Shown: positions 1 to 11,933, counted from the stretch's first letter. The stretch is 64,000 nt of DNA from Octopus bimaculoides (GCF_001194135.2 NC_068982.1:151772121-151836120); one strand, 5' to 3'. Notes: generated from the letters alone by a model not told the origin. Numbers and translations: made by a program.

Positions 1-19
1 CTGCATCAGAGCATATTAT

Positions 20-20
20 A

Positions 21-94
<74 letters not shown>
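20..94. repeat. (TTA)n microsatellite; a second tract lies at 294-354
   Basis: Direct reading. It flanks the R4/Dong fragment and explains the poly-Ile ORFs 6..194 and 122..358. Confidence 0.97.
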
Positions 95-95
<1 letters not shown>

Positions 96-290
96 CGTTT
101 TACGTCTCAGAGCGCTCGGTCTTGTTTGCACTGGATAATTCCGTGAAAGCGGACAGCAGCCTGTTGTCAGAGGTCTTACAGGGTTTCTTTCCACTTATTA
201 TAAGCTTTGATACTTGGTTGTTAATTATCGTGGAAGACATTCACCAGCCAAGTACCAATCTCAAAATCCTAACTGTCCCAAGCAGAGCGG

Positions 291-293
<3 letters not shown>
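95..293 (-). mobile_element. 3' end of a 5'-truncated R4/Dong-type (RLE) non-LTR retrotransposon
   Basis: The minus strand reads KTALLGTVRILRLVLGW*, matching the conserved QKxALLGTARILRKVL C-terminus. About 150 nt of 3' UTR and (TAA)n follow, and TAA tracts lie on both sides. Confidence 0.75.
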
Positions 294-339
<46 letters not shown>

Positions 340-692
340 CATTATTATTATTAAATAATAAAACGTAAAAGTACGTAACTAAACACCTTAATGCATTTTT
401 CCGGTGTTCTGTCAATTCCGTTTCTCCACAACCCTATATATTTCGATGAATAAAATAAATCTCGTAACAGTACAAAAATGTTTCCTTCTGAATATGTACA
501 GAATTATATCTAATTCTGCCTGAGTCTACTTTGCTTTTCATCCTTCCGGAGTCATTAAAATAAGTACCTGTCGGGAACTGTGGCCGATCATAATCAAATA
601 TTCACTTCCTGAAAATTTGGGGCAGCGTGCCATGGGAAAAATCAATACATGTATATAAGATATATACATACATACATACATACATACATACA

Positions 693-1015
693 NNNNNNNN
701 NNNNNNNNNNNNNNNNNNNNNNNNNNNNNNNNNNNNNNNNNNNNNNNNNNNNNNNNNNNNNNNNNNNNNNNNNNNNNNNNNNNNNNNNNNNNNNNNNNNN
801 NNNNNNNNNNNNNNNNNNNNNNNNNNNNNNNNNNNNNNNNNNNNNNNNNNNNNNNNNNNNNNNNNNNNNNNNNNNNNNNNNNNNNNNNNNNNNNNNNNNN
901 NNNNNNNNNNNNNNNNNNNNNNNNNNNNNNNNNNNNNNNNNNNNNNNNNNNNNNNNNNNNNNNNNNNNNNNNNNNNNNNNNNNNNNNNNNNNNNNNNNNN
1001 NNNNNNNNNNNNNNN
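693..1015. other. Assembly gap. Other gaps: 5074-5083, 9384-9579, 12182-12563, 13383-13420, 16449-16458, 29492-29501, 32026-32122, 34024-34433, 44110-44319, 45151-45303, 49163-49360, 63291-63303
   Basis: N runs, most bordered by (TA)n, (CA)n, (TACA)n or (TC)n, typical of short-read scaffolds. Confidence 0.99.
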
Positions 1016-1049
<34 letters not shown>

Positions 1050-1174
1050 GCATACATGCATACATGCATATTCACACTTGTACATCGATCTCCTGCATGG
1101 CAAAATGCCTCAAATTTTATCGATTAATAATAATAATAATGATAACGATATTGGGTATAAACGCAGGGATTTTG

Positions 1175-1345
1175 AGGATAGGGGGCAAGTTGATTGCCTC
1201 AACCCCTAGTACTTAACTTATCGTTCCCGAAAGGATGAAAAGCAAAGTCGACCTCGGCAAAGTTTGAATGCAGAACGTAAAGACAGATGAAATGTCGCTA
1301 AGCATTTTGCTCAACGCACAAACGATTCTGAGAGTTTGCCGTCTT
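1175..1345 (-). mobile_element. Diverged tRNA-derived SINE (Deu/Nin-domain-like family)
   Basis: Shares GAAAGGATGAAA(A/G)GCAAAGTCGACCTCGGC...TTTGAA..CAGAACGTA with the copies at 16493 and 25625. Confidence 0.8.
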
Positions 1346-1374
1346 AACAACAACAACAACAATAATTTCGACAT

Positions 1375-2137
1375 TGATAATGATCAAAGCCAGGCTTGCC
1401 TATGAGCTTGCTAAAACAAGGATGGAAATACATTACCTGCTCTATATAAGCGACCTCAAATTGTATACGAAGTGTCAAAAATCAAAAGCAAAAGAAAAAT
1501 ACCCGAAACCCGTAATTCAAACAGCGAGAATACTTAGTAAGCCGCTGGATGTAAATAAATGTAGTTTTAATTTTGAATGGAGGTGGAATATTAAATTTGA
1601 TTGTATAAAATTGCAGCAAGATGATAACATTAGATCACTGGGAAATATGATGGGGTATAATTACCTAGGTTTTGTGCAAGATGGTAAATTCTCTGGGATT
1701 TTCCAATCCAAACTGATCAAATGCTAGAGCATAACAGACCGGACCTAGTGCTAGTGGACAACATGCACTACATGTGCTATATAGTTGATGTTGCGAGCGC
1801 CTTTGCCTAACGGAGAATGAAGATGGAAGGTGAAACAAAATAGGTATATTCTTAAGTATGAAATAGCCCGGCTATAGAAGATGAAATATGTGAAGATAGT
1901 GCCAATTATTGTGGGTCCTTGGGGACAGTATCATCAAAAGGCATCAAGCGGAATGTAAAAGAAATTCGAATAGTGCCCAGTAGAACTGTTACAAAAGATG
2001 TTCCTCCTCGGCACGGCCAAAATAATCTGGAAAGTATTAGAGATTTGAAAAGAACAGATAGTATGAAACTCTATGCTGTGCAGGGAGGAAGCCTGCTACG
2101 CATGCAAGACTCCAGGAGTTACATCAAAACCTGGGAC
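1375..2137 (+). mobile_element. Internally deleted R4/Dong-type LINE: RT C-terminal half fused to the restriction-like endonuclease and 3' UTR
   Basis: IHYLLYISDLKLY (degenerate YMDD motif) and YNYLG. The sequence jumps at ~1683 to ILWDFPIQTDQMLEHNRPDLVLVD...CYIVDVA (PD-D RLE), then KIVPIIVG and LELLQKMFLLGTAKIIWKVLEI*. An (AAT)n tail starts at 2138. Confidence 0.85.
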
Positions 2138-2211
<74 letters not shown>

Positions 2212-2236
2212 TAATAATAACAATAATAATAATAAC

Positions 2237-2301
<65 letters not shown>

Positions 2302-2323
2302 CAACAACAACAACAATAATAAT
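2138..2323. repeat. (AAT)n/(AAC)n microsatellite, tail and target of the R4/Dong copy
   Basis: Direct reading; explains the poly-N, I, L and Y ORFs. Confidence 0.97.
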
Positions 2324-2865
2324 ATGCCTTGATGCAGTACCAGGCAGTGGCTCTCATGGCTTCTGATCTTAACTGATTGGAAGTGTTTTGTCTTGGTATA
2401 AATGATGGGCTACAGCAAATATTCTGTTCAATACTATAGATTTGCTTATCAGTTGTTTGACCTTAAGCAGTTGAGTGTCCCTTGATGGTTGACGATATGT
2501 GCATCCCTGATCACGAGCAGAAATAGTGGGGAAGCATCATAGCCATGTGTTGAGAGGAATTGTTTGGGGTTTGAATAATTCACCTTTGGAAACATGGGTG
2601 TTTTGCTCAACATCCTTCAACAAACCTTATTCAGGGACCTTTTGAGTAGCATGGGCTACACGACCTGAAGGGAATTCTAGCTAGGCACCAACTGAAAGGT
2701 CATGCACTGTTTATCTTGATATATGAGATCACTATGTCGTGCATATATGGTTGTGATGCATGTGCTTAGTGTACCCTTATCAGGCGAGTAGTCATGATGT
2801 GTACACTGGGCTTCGTATATATTACCCCGGTGTCACTTTGATGGCATGCACTGCTCTCTTATACA
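2324..2865. repeat. ~540-bp non-coding interspersed repeat flanked by AAT tracts (possible non-autonomous retroelement)
   Basis: Higher-complexity block with AAT repeats on the left and degenerate AAT on the right. Its left end ATGCCTTGATGCAG recurs inverted at window positions 1-14 (CTGCATCAGAGCAT). Confidence 0.55.
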
Positions 2866-3574
2866 ATAATAGTAACAAGAGCACTCAGAGAGCGCAAAAC
2901 TCTGCCAAGTGAACACCAACGTCCTCTCAACGATTAGCCAGAGATTATTTTTAAAAGGAGAATATCTGAAATAAAATCGACTGCTCTCACAAACGAGAAA
3001 ACTAAAGATGAACCCGACCGTTCTCAAAAATTAAGTAAAAAAAAAACCGGAAGAGTAATCCAGAATCCTTGTCCAGTAACTGATCGATCCCAATGGTAGT
3101 CATGGAATGTGAGGGTGGCTGTAGAAAGTTTAGTAACAGTAATAAATAGTTTATCCTTATCTGATACAATATCTGAAACAACAGGGCAAATATGATACTT
3201 GTTAAAATAATGGATCATCCTCATATACGGTAAAGGTCCATCTAGTGTAGGGGACTTAGAAACTCTATGTTGATGTCCGTGCTGTAAGACCAGTGGGAGT
3301 GAGGTACTCTTAAACTTTGTAAAGGGACAATACTGCAGCGTTCACAGTAGTATACTCTCTTAACATCGAGCGGTCTGACCAACAGCTTTTAAAGATAGTG
3401 ATGATAGGAGGCCAACTTTAAGCATTAATTTTTTATTGACTGTCAGTGCTTGCGAAGAGGTGAAGACTAAGATAGTCAACCCCAGAAGGCAATCGGGTGA
3501 GAAAATAAAACGGGACGCATCGATGAAAGAGAATGAAAGCACACCGAAACTGAGTTATTTTTTTTCGGTCCTGC

Positions 3575-3611
<37 letters not shown>

Positions 3612-3799
3612 CGCAGCATATATAAAATATATTACAGCCATTCATCGCACGCGAACAAGAATGGTTTGATAACCAGACTTTTGCTAATTCTTTTAGGTGC
3701 TTTGTTGTTGCTTTTCTGGTTCATCGCCCTTTTTCCAGTGGAATATCCAGGATATGACAGATGGAGGGAGAGAGAGTTGTCCGAGCACAAGGATTGTTC

Positions 3800-3927
3800 T
3801 CATATCTGAGTAGGACAACGTAAAATGAAGTGCCCCACTCAAGAAATGTCCATTTCCCTGTCCAGGAGTCGAACCCACGACCTTATGATCGTTAGCTGAA
3901 CATCCCCAGTGACTAGACAACGCGCCT
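3800..3927 (-). mobile_element. tRNA-derived SINE head (OR-like family), diverged
   Basis: Minus strand AGGCGCGTTGTCTAGTC...GGTCGTGGGTTCGACTCC, with a degenerate A box and a clear B box (GTTCGACTCC). Confidence 0.65.
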
Positions 3928-4860
3928 TTATACATTTGTGAATGCCTTATAGGATTAGCATTAAAAAAGTACTTTAAGTGAAACAATTATCCTGAAACTT
4001 GGTTATAAAAATATTTTAAATCAAACTTACGGAATAGAATAATTCTATAATTAAAGGAAGAATAGAGTATTTGCATTGGACGTTGAAATCATTCTACAAA
4101 GTAATAAATCAAAATATGGTAGTAGTCACTGAATTTCTTTACGGCTATCCGACTCAACATTACTTTCATTATAGATCGTTGGTAATTTCCTTTCATCCCG
4201 ATGTTTTTAAAGACTATTAATAAGCCACGAAAAGCGAAAACAACATTTTGACAAAGCCATAGCACGTTTCTTTTTAGCGTAACCAATGTATGCAGCTAAT
4301 ATGATGCACAAAAGCACAAGGTTATCTGAATGTAAAGAATGCGATATGAAAGATACATAAACTACAAAAAAAGATTAAAATAAATCGATATACTTTTTTT
4401 TTAGAATATATTGATTAAACATATTTAATTAAAAAAGGTAGTAATGGTAACATAATGATTGCTTTTCATGCTTTTCTATAAAATATTTCTTTCCCTCACC
4501 CTCTCTAAATTCAACTGAATTAAATTTCCAACTTCATTTTGTTTCACTCCTGTTATCCTCTGCAATATTTTAAAGGTTGCAATAAAGACCAGGAACAAAG
4601 CCAATATTTAAAAGTAGGGTGAGAGTTAGAGTTCTGGATTACAACTTTCATGATCTAAATTTCATTCTAGAGTAATGTAAATTCATTTTATTCAACTGAA
4701 AAATTTAGATATGGAAAGTATGAAAGTCAACAGTTTTTACAGTTGGCCAAACTTTATGCACTAACAATATATATTCATAGATATATTAGACACTGGCTGA
4801 ATTTTGTCGTCTACTGTCTATAGTATTAATTTGTTAAACTACTGATACTCCACATACAGT

Positions 4861-5224
4861 GGAGGCGCAATGGCCCAGTGCTTAGGGCAGCGGACTCGTG
4901 GTCATAGGATCGCAGTTTCGATTCCCAGACCGGGCGTTGTCAGTGTTTATTGAGCGAAAACACCTAAAGCTCTACGAGGCTCCGGCAGGGGATGGTGGCG
5001 AACCCTGAAGTACTCTTTCACCACAACTTTCTCTCACTCTTACTTCCTGTTTCTGTTGTGCCTGTAATTCAAANNNNNNNNNNTCACGCTGAATATCCCC
5101 GAGAACTACGTTAAGGGTACACGTATCTGTGGAGTGCTCAGTCACTTGCAAGTTAATTTCACGGGCAGGCTGTTCCGTTGATCAGATCAACTGGAACCCT
5201 CGACGTCGTGAGCGACGGAGTGCC
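4861..5224 (+). mobile_element. Near-full-length tRNA-derived SINE (OR-like family)
   Basis: GGAGGCGCAATGGCCCAGTG (A box) and GTTTCGATTCC (B box), followed by a non-tRNA body ending GACGGAGTGCCA. A 10-N gap lies inside. Confidence 0.8.
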
Positions 5225-6464
5225 AACAACTCCATATACACCATATATACACGCGCGTGCGCGAACACACACTCACACTCGTACACTCGCGCACACACAC
5301 ACACACACAAACATTTCACTCAACATTTCAATAATTAACTACTCTATTTTTCTTCGAGTATACATGTTAAGTATACGCGCGTGAGTTTGCGTGCGCATGT
5401 ATCTCTCTAAGTTTGTCTGTCTGTCTGTCTATCTATCTATCTAACGCTCTGTGTTTGTAAGTTCACACACACATACACCTTCACTGGTCATATTTGAAAA
5501 GACTTATCTCTCATTAACATTCATATTCAAATAGTATGACAACGTAAATCGATATGCAATGAGGTTGGTATTTAGATACGAATCAAAACAGAGAACGATG
5601 ACAGAACGAAATCTGAATGAATAACAATATATCTTTAATGGTATATTAATTAATATCTCTGCTGTTATAGTGCAATATGGAAAGAAATGCACTTTACAAA
5701 ACGTGGTATTACACAAGTGTTAATTATATTCTAGCTATGTTTTGATTTTGCAACTGTAGCAACATTAAATCAAATCCGAGAGGCGTTAAGGCAATGTTGC
5801 TATGAAAAAGAATAAAAAAAAAACATGATCTACAAATTAAGTGGGTAACTCATCTGGATTAAATGTGAACAAATTATCTAGGGTAATATGGACATGCAAT
5901 TATAATGACCAGAAATTTGATTTTATATACGACTAGCAGAAACACCCGGTGTTGCCCGGGTTAAAGAAAATAATGAAATTTAAAAATGCCTTTCAGATCT
6001 CTAACTAGCGTGAAACATAGACTACGCAGGCCTCACCTCCTAGTAGCTGAGATACCAACTTTATACGTTAATAACCCGGTGTTTCCCAGATTATTGAAAA
6101 TAATGAAATTTAAGTATACCTTTTAGATCTCTAAGTAGAATGAAACACGGATTATGCAGTTCTCAACAGCTGTTAGATGAGGAACCAACTGACTGTATAT
6201 ATCAATAACATGTTTTGTCCGATGTTCTCAGTTAAAATTATTAAAAAGCAGGTAGTTCTTTGTCTTTGAAATCACCTTCAGTTGTCAGTACTTATTTGAA
6301 ACACGTTGAATCTGAAAATGCATAAATTTGAGAAGAACCGTCCTCCGGGCGCTCCTCTCCTGTTAGTAAATACTTTTAACAAAAATTCTATCAGATGACG
6401 TGAGTATACACAAATGTATTGAAACATATCCGGCGATCAATCACAGTTTAATTACCCAGAGCTT

Positions 6465-7150
6465 CTAAATATCCAATGTTTTGAGTGTGTCCTTTAATTG
6501 GTGTATACATGAAAAGATTTTGGGGACTTGTGAACATCTTACATATAATTGCTCACGAGAGAAGCAAGGTGAAGTCCAACAACCTTGAGAGACTGTCCTA
6601 GAGATTTGTTTATTAACGGCGAAACTTAGTTTCACTGGGAACTGGAACCGTTTAAATTCAAAGGGGAGGTCATATAGGATTAACGGGGTCCGTGGGATGA
6701 AGACATCCTCACCATTATAGTTCCAAGTCATAATTGTTACCTCTAGGACATGGGAGCGCATCATTTTCACCACTAATATGGTGCCATTGCACAGAGGAAG
6801 TAGATCCTGATTTTGAGCAGCATGATTGGGGCCCCCTTTTTAAGTGTTAAGTGGTGAGGTGACATCCCAGATGACTGTACAGAGTTCAGGAACACAGTTG
6901 GAAAAACTACAGCCTGGTCCTGATCAATGACAATGTCGAGGGATTTGAAAGACTGTTCTTGTCCGGGCAACAGCTGCATGAGATCCCAGTTGATTTTGTC
7001 GACAGCATCATTACGTGGAGCTAAGATGGCTTGCTCACAGAGCCATTGACTGTTGCTAAAGATTTATGCAGTGTTTGGGAGCACGTGCATTATGAGATCA
7101 TTGACAGTTGGTACCATCTCAACAGGGGTTTGGCTGTCCATAGAGGGCAC
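6465..7150 (-). pseudogene. Helitron RepHel PIF1-family helicase, C-terminal fragment with frameshifts and stops
   Basis: EQAILAPRNDAVDKIN; DQAVVFPTVFLNS..SGMSPHHLTLKKGAPIMLL; VFIPRTPLILYDLPFEFKRFQFPVKLSFA. Confidence 0.92.
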
Positions 7151-7194
7151 AAACAAATATATGTCTTACATATATAAAACAGGCCTGTTGACAT

Positions 7195-7298
7195 ATGAAA
7201 GACAAAGTCGACCTCGGCGGAATTTGAACTCAGCGTTATTTCCACTGTTGCTACGTTCTAAGTATTTCGCATGGCGTGCTAACAATTCTGCCAGCTCG
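7195..7298 (-). mobile_element. SINE 5' fragment (Deu/Nin-like family) inside the Helitron
   Basis: AAAGTCGACCTCGGCGGAATTTGAACTCAG...GCGTGCTAACAATTCTGCCAGCTC, same family as 16493-16727. Confidence 0.8.
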
Positions 7299-7305
7299 AT
7301 GAATA

Positions 7306-7375
7306 AGGATGATGACGATGATGATGATGACGATGATGATGATGACGATGATGATGATGACGATGATGATGATGG

Positions 7376-7414
<39 letters not shown>

Positions 7415-7568
7415 CAGTAGTAGTAGTGGTAGTGGTGGTGGTGGTGGGTATGGTGGTGGTGGTGGGTATGGTGGTGGTGGTGGGTATGGTGGTGGTGGTG
7501 GGTATGGTGGTGGTAGTGGTTGTGGTGGTGGTGATGGTGGTGGCGGTGAAGGCGGTGGCGGTGGTGGT
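7306..7568. repeat. Compound microsatellite (GAT/GAC)n-(AGT)n-(GGT)n, including four copies of the 18-nt unit GGTGGTGGTGGTGGGTAT
   Basis: Direct reading; generates the poly-D/G5Y, poly-S/P5Y, poly-H and poly-M/V ORFs. Confidence 0.95.
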
Positions 7569-8161
7569 TTGGCATTAGTACTATTTCTTTTATTATTATA
7601 TTTAATATATATACACATCAAGCAATATTCATTTTTAATAGAAAAATTAATCAAGACCGTATCATTATTTCCAAGCTCAAATTATTCATGTACCCCAAGT
7701 ATGGTACAGATTGATCCAGAGGTTTGACCATGCATAGAGGACACACGCTCACACAGACAACGTATTTTATATATATAGATATATTCTACAACATCCGTTA
7801 TTATTTAATTAATTTTGCTATGTATCACGTAAATTGCTTTAAGCTACTATTCGATGTCAAGAAGTGTGATATGTTTTAAAGCGGACAATAGTTAGGTGTG
7901 TGAGATTTTATACTGACTTTCCCTATATAACAAATAATAGTTTACATTAAAGAAATGAGTTTCAAAAATTAATAAGTAAAATTTGTTGTAGAAAGCACAG
8001 AAAATATAGAAACATTAATATCTTTCTCTCTCAGCCTCTATCTCTCTATCTTACTACAGTTCCATACATACATACATACATACATACATACATACATACA
8101 TACATACATACATACGTATACATGTGTGTTTGTGTGCGCTTGTGTATGTGTGTGTGCATGC

Positions 8162-8204
<43 letters not shown>

Positions 8205-9316
8205 TTTATGAATAAATGGGCATACTAGATAAAGAAGAGAAATACGAAAATCTCTTGAAAGCATATTTGGCAAAGTATTTTATGTCATGAAAATTCTGCT
8301 AGTAAGATCAATGCATCAATTCTATTGAGTACAATTTCGTATTTTCATCCTCGCATGGAACTCACTAAATGAGAATTGAAAGTTTAAACAGAGGTTTGTT
8401 TTGGATTAATCCATTAGGTGTAATCTATTTACGTATATACTCAACTAAAGTCTACAGAAAAATCGAATTTAGCATTAGAAACTTAAAATAAGCATGATTT
8501 GATATCAAAAGTAAATCCAAAGAATATACTTCCATACTTTACTGTATGTATGTATGTATGTATGTATTTATGTGGTAGAAAAGCACTCGATATGAGCTGA
8601 AAGAGTAAAGATAATTTTATTAAAAAAAAACCGCAAATCTTGTAAATACAGCTACCCAGGTTTTCCTTTTTGAAATAAAAATTTATTCCGCGATTAATCA
8701 AGCTGAAAACAAAACTGTTTGTCAGTTGCGTTTTGAGCCGAAAACGTTCAAACAAGAGAAGAAAAACACAAGGAAGATGACCAACATTACAATAATCCGA
8801 TGTAAAACAGGCGTAAACCAGATACTAATGCTATACTAATTGTCCGGTGCTCTACCGTCAAGATGTATTTCTTGAACTGCGGACATTCAGGAAAAATCTC
8901 GTTCCTCGAATTTATGTATTTGTTGGAGGTTCTCAAGTTTTTAAGACATACAATTTTGCAAGAGAACACATTTTTGGACCCGTTAATATAACCGTTAATA
9001 GATTCTATAAAGTAATTTAGATAAGTGTTTAGAAGTAATATAGACATTCGATCTCTTTGTTTCTCTCATAGACGTTAAAGTCACTCCTAACATGTCTGTA
9101 AATTCGAATGCTATTTTCAAAATACCACTTATCCTACAATGCTGATTGGATTCGTCACGACCGATGTATTACCACACCTGTTTGATAAGTGTTTAAAATT
9201 TTACTGAAAGTGATGGATTATATGTTATGATGTAATCTATGAATACATCGATAAGATTCTACTGAAACAGCTATCGTAAATTTTAACCCTCATTTGTGTT
9301 TCTTGCCACACACACA

Positions 9317-9383
<67 letters not shown>

Positions 9384-9579
9384 NNNNNNNNNNNNNNNNN
9401 NNNNNNNNNNNNNNNNNNNNNNNNNNNNNNNNNNNNNNNNNNNNNNNNNNNNNNNNNNNNNNNNNNNNNNNNNNNNNNNNNNNNNNNNNNNNNNNNNNNN
9501 NNNNNNNNNNNNNNNNNNNNNNNNNNNNNNNNNNNNNNNNNNNNNNNNNNNNNNNNNNNNNNNNNNNNNNNNNNNNNNN

Positions 9580-9632
<53 letters not shown>

Positions 9633-9794
9633 TTGTATGCATGCATAGTTGGACAATATATATTCTTATTACATTTCCTTCGTGTTTGGTGTACATTGCA
9701 TTGACTAAAGTTGCATGTGTGAATTCTTCAACTAATCAAGATATCTTGCTAATATTGCTCATGAATTGATCTGTAGCCACATTGGTATATACAT

Positions 9795-9882
9795 ATATTA
9801 ACATACACACATAGTTACATAAATATAACATACACACATAGTTACATATATAACATACATTAACATACACACATAGTTACAT
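9795..9882. repeat. Minisatellite, about three copies of AACATACACACATAGTTACAT with short spacers
   Basis: Direct reading. Confidence 0.8.
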
Positions 9883-10445
9883 GAATATTCAGAATAGATA
9901 ATACAGCACAGCATTAATATTGTTTTTCTCACGATTGACACCTACATTCTTAATTACAATTTCAAGCATATTATATCTACTTCATTCATGAATTTCTATT
10001 GCAAAGCTTTACATAGTAATATCGTATATTCAGCTTGTATATTCAGCTATTCAGGCATGAGATACATAAACTATATTTTAAAAATTTACACAACAATCAA
10101 ACGTATACGCTACACAGAAAAGCACGAACACAATCAAACCTTCACACAAGCAATTTCCAACAAGAGAACCTTTATTTGGTCTCTCAATCTCTTAGAAATA
10201 GTAACCAAATCACACCTTTCACTGTTACTTATGGTTATAAGTATCTATAGGAAAACGATGGGGACCTCTTCATGTTTGCAACACTTGGTACATATAACAA
10301 CTAAATCTCCATCAAATCACACTTACGCAAGCTCACGTTGGATAATGTCGTCCTGGGTTTGGAATATCTTTGATCATAGATGTACTTAACCAAGAATCAC
10401 TAGGAGTTCAACAACGAAAACGTACACACAACCTACACCCGCACA

Positions 10446-10479
<34 letters not shown>

Positions 10480-10512
10480 TCACACTATGCATTATTACTA
10501 CAATCCTGTGTG

Positions 10513-10550
<38 letters not shown>

Positions 10551-10599
10551 TAAATGTAGAACCTTGGAATGTGGGCTCAAAACCGCATTGGTGGATAAT

Positions 10600-10696
10600 T
10601 TCTTTATTTGTGAATTAAGCCCACCATTAGTTTCATGATATTTCCTTACTCCTCCTAACATGAAACCAATGGTAGCCTTAATTCACAAATAAAGAA
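10600..10696. repeat. 97-bp hairpin: 38-bp inverted arms and a 21-nt loop
   Basis: 10600-10637 versus the reverse complement of 10659-10696: 3 mismatches. Confidence 0.9.
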
Positions 10697-10703
10697 TATA
10701 TAC

Positions 10704-10747
<44 letters not shown>

Positions 10748-10809
10748 GCGTGTGTGTATGTATGTGTGTATGTATGTATGCATATATGTATGCATGTATG
10801 TGTGCGTGG

Positions 10810-11020
10810 AGTGTCTTTGCTTTTCTGTTTGCTCCCAACCACCGTTTGACAACCGATGTTGGTGTGTTTACGTCCCCTAACGGAGCGTTTCGGCCAAAGA
10901 GTCCAATAGAATAAGTACCAAGCTTGAAAGCATAAGTATGGTGTCGATTCCATCGACTAAAAAGTTTTCTAAGCGGTGCCCCAGCATTGCCACAGTCTAA
11001 TGATTGAAAGGAATAAGAGA
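10810..11020 (+). mobile_element. 3' half of an OK-like SINE
   Basis: GACAACCGATGTTGGTGTGTTTACGTCCCC...TAGAATAAGTACC...GTCGATT..ATCGACTAAAA, shared with 17030, 47430 and 58091. Confidence 0.8.
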
Positions 11021-11931
11021 TATATGTATATGTGATTTAAATACTATTAAAAAAAAAACAATATAATAAAATCTTTATTATTTTAACACGTAATGTATTC
11101 CAGTGACAGAATTGTAAATCCTCAATATATATTTATGGCTCTTTCTACGTTTAACTTAATTAGTATTTCGTTAAACTAATAGTTCAAAGAATCAATGAAA
11201 ACTATATTTCACATTATAATTCACCACTAAATGCATTTAAATTATACCCCAAGAACATCCAAGAACTTCGTCAATTTCCCCTATGTCTTCCTTTTGAATC
11301 AAAAGAAAATAATCCTTAGTATTTTAATAGTGTATTTTTCTATATTTGACTATTATTGATTCATAAAAACCAATTGCTATAAATAATAACCATTCATATT
11401 GCACCAAACAAAAGTTTTCATATTTTATTTGACAATGCACCAAATAAGAGTTACTTGCTTATTGGTTCTTTGTTGTTCTAATTTTATCTTAAAAATTTCA
11501 ATATAGGTGTCAATATATATATTCATTTAATTTATTTTTCTTTCTTTGTCTGAATTGCATTTCAAGCAATTTCCTTTCATTTGCACTTTTTTTTTATAAT
11601 TTCAGGTAAGAAAATCAATTATTCTAAAATAAATGAATGAAATTCATAAAAAAGTATATACAAGAAAAACGTGAGTGCATATTTTCTTTACAAAGTCATA
11701 TTCTATACATTACTTGTTTCAGCATATCAAGTCTACAAATAAATATCTCACATTACGTGACTGCATAACATGATATACATGAACATCTTAATAACAAGGA
11801 TCAATTCTGAATTGAGTCATCTTTAATGTTTACATCACTGCATAATGTATATTAACACATTCACAGGCATATATATACAAATACAAGCACATTCTCATAC
11901 ACGGACACACAGATGTATAATATATGCATAT

Positions 11932-11933
<2 letters not shown>

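Larger units (their letters stand above)
5933..7779 (-). mobile_element. Internally deleted non-autonomous Helitron with both termini
   Basis: Minus-strand 5' end A|TCTATATATATAAAA (7779). The 3' end has the hairpin CCCGG-GCAACA-CCGGG (5945-5960) and ends CTAG|T (5933-5936), so the element sits between A and T. A PIF1-like helicase remnant lies inside. Confidence 0.85.

Noticed and set aside
2334-2535. Resemblance of the 540-bp repeat to U1 snRNA (TACCAGGCAGTGG versus TACCTGGCAGGGG; TAGTGGGGA)
   Set aside because: Only two short matches, with spacing that does not fit U1 and no similarity in between.
3050-3440. Moderately complex block with short ORFs on both strands
   Set aside because: No recognisable motif or splice pattern; possibly an old element that I cannot assign.
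8640-9200. Possible promoter (TCAGTT at 8722, reverse CCAAT near 9143, raised CpG)
   Set aside because: The motifs are short, point in opposite directions and have no linked exon.
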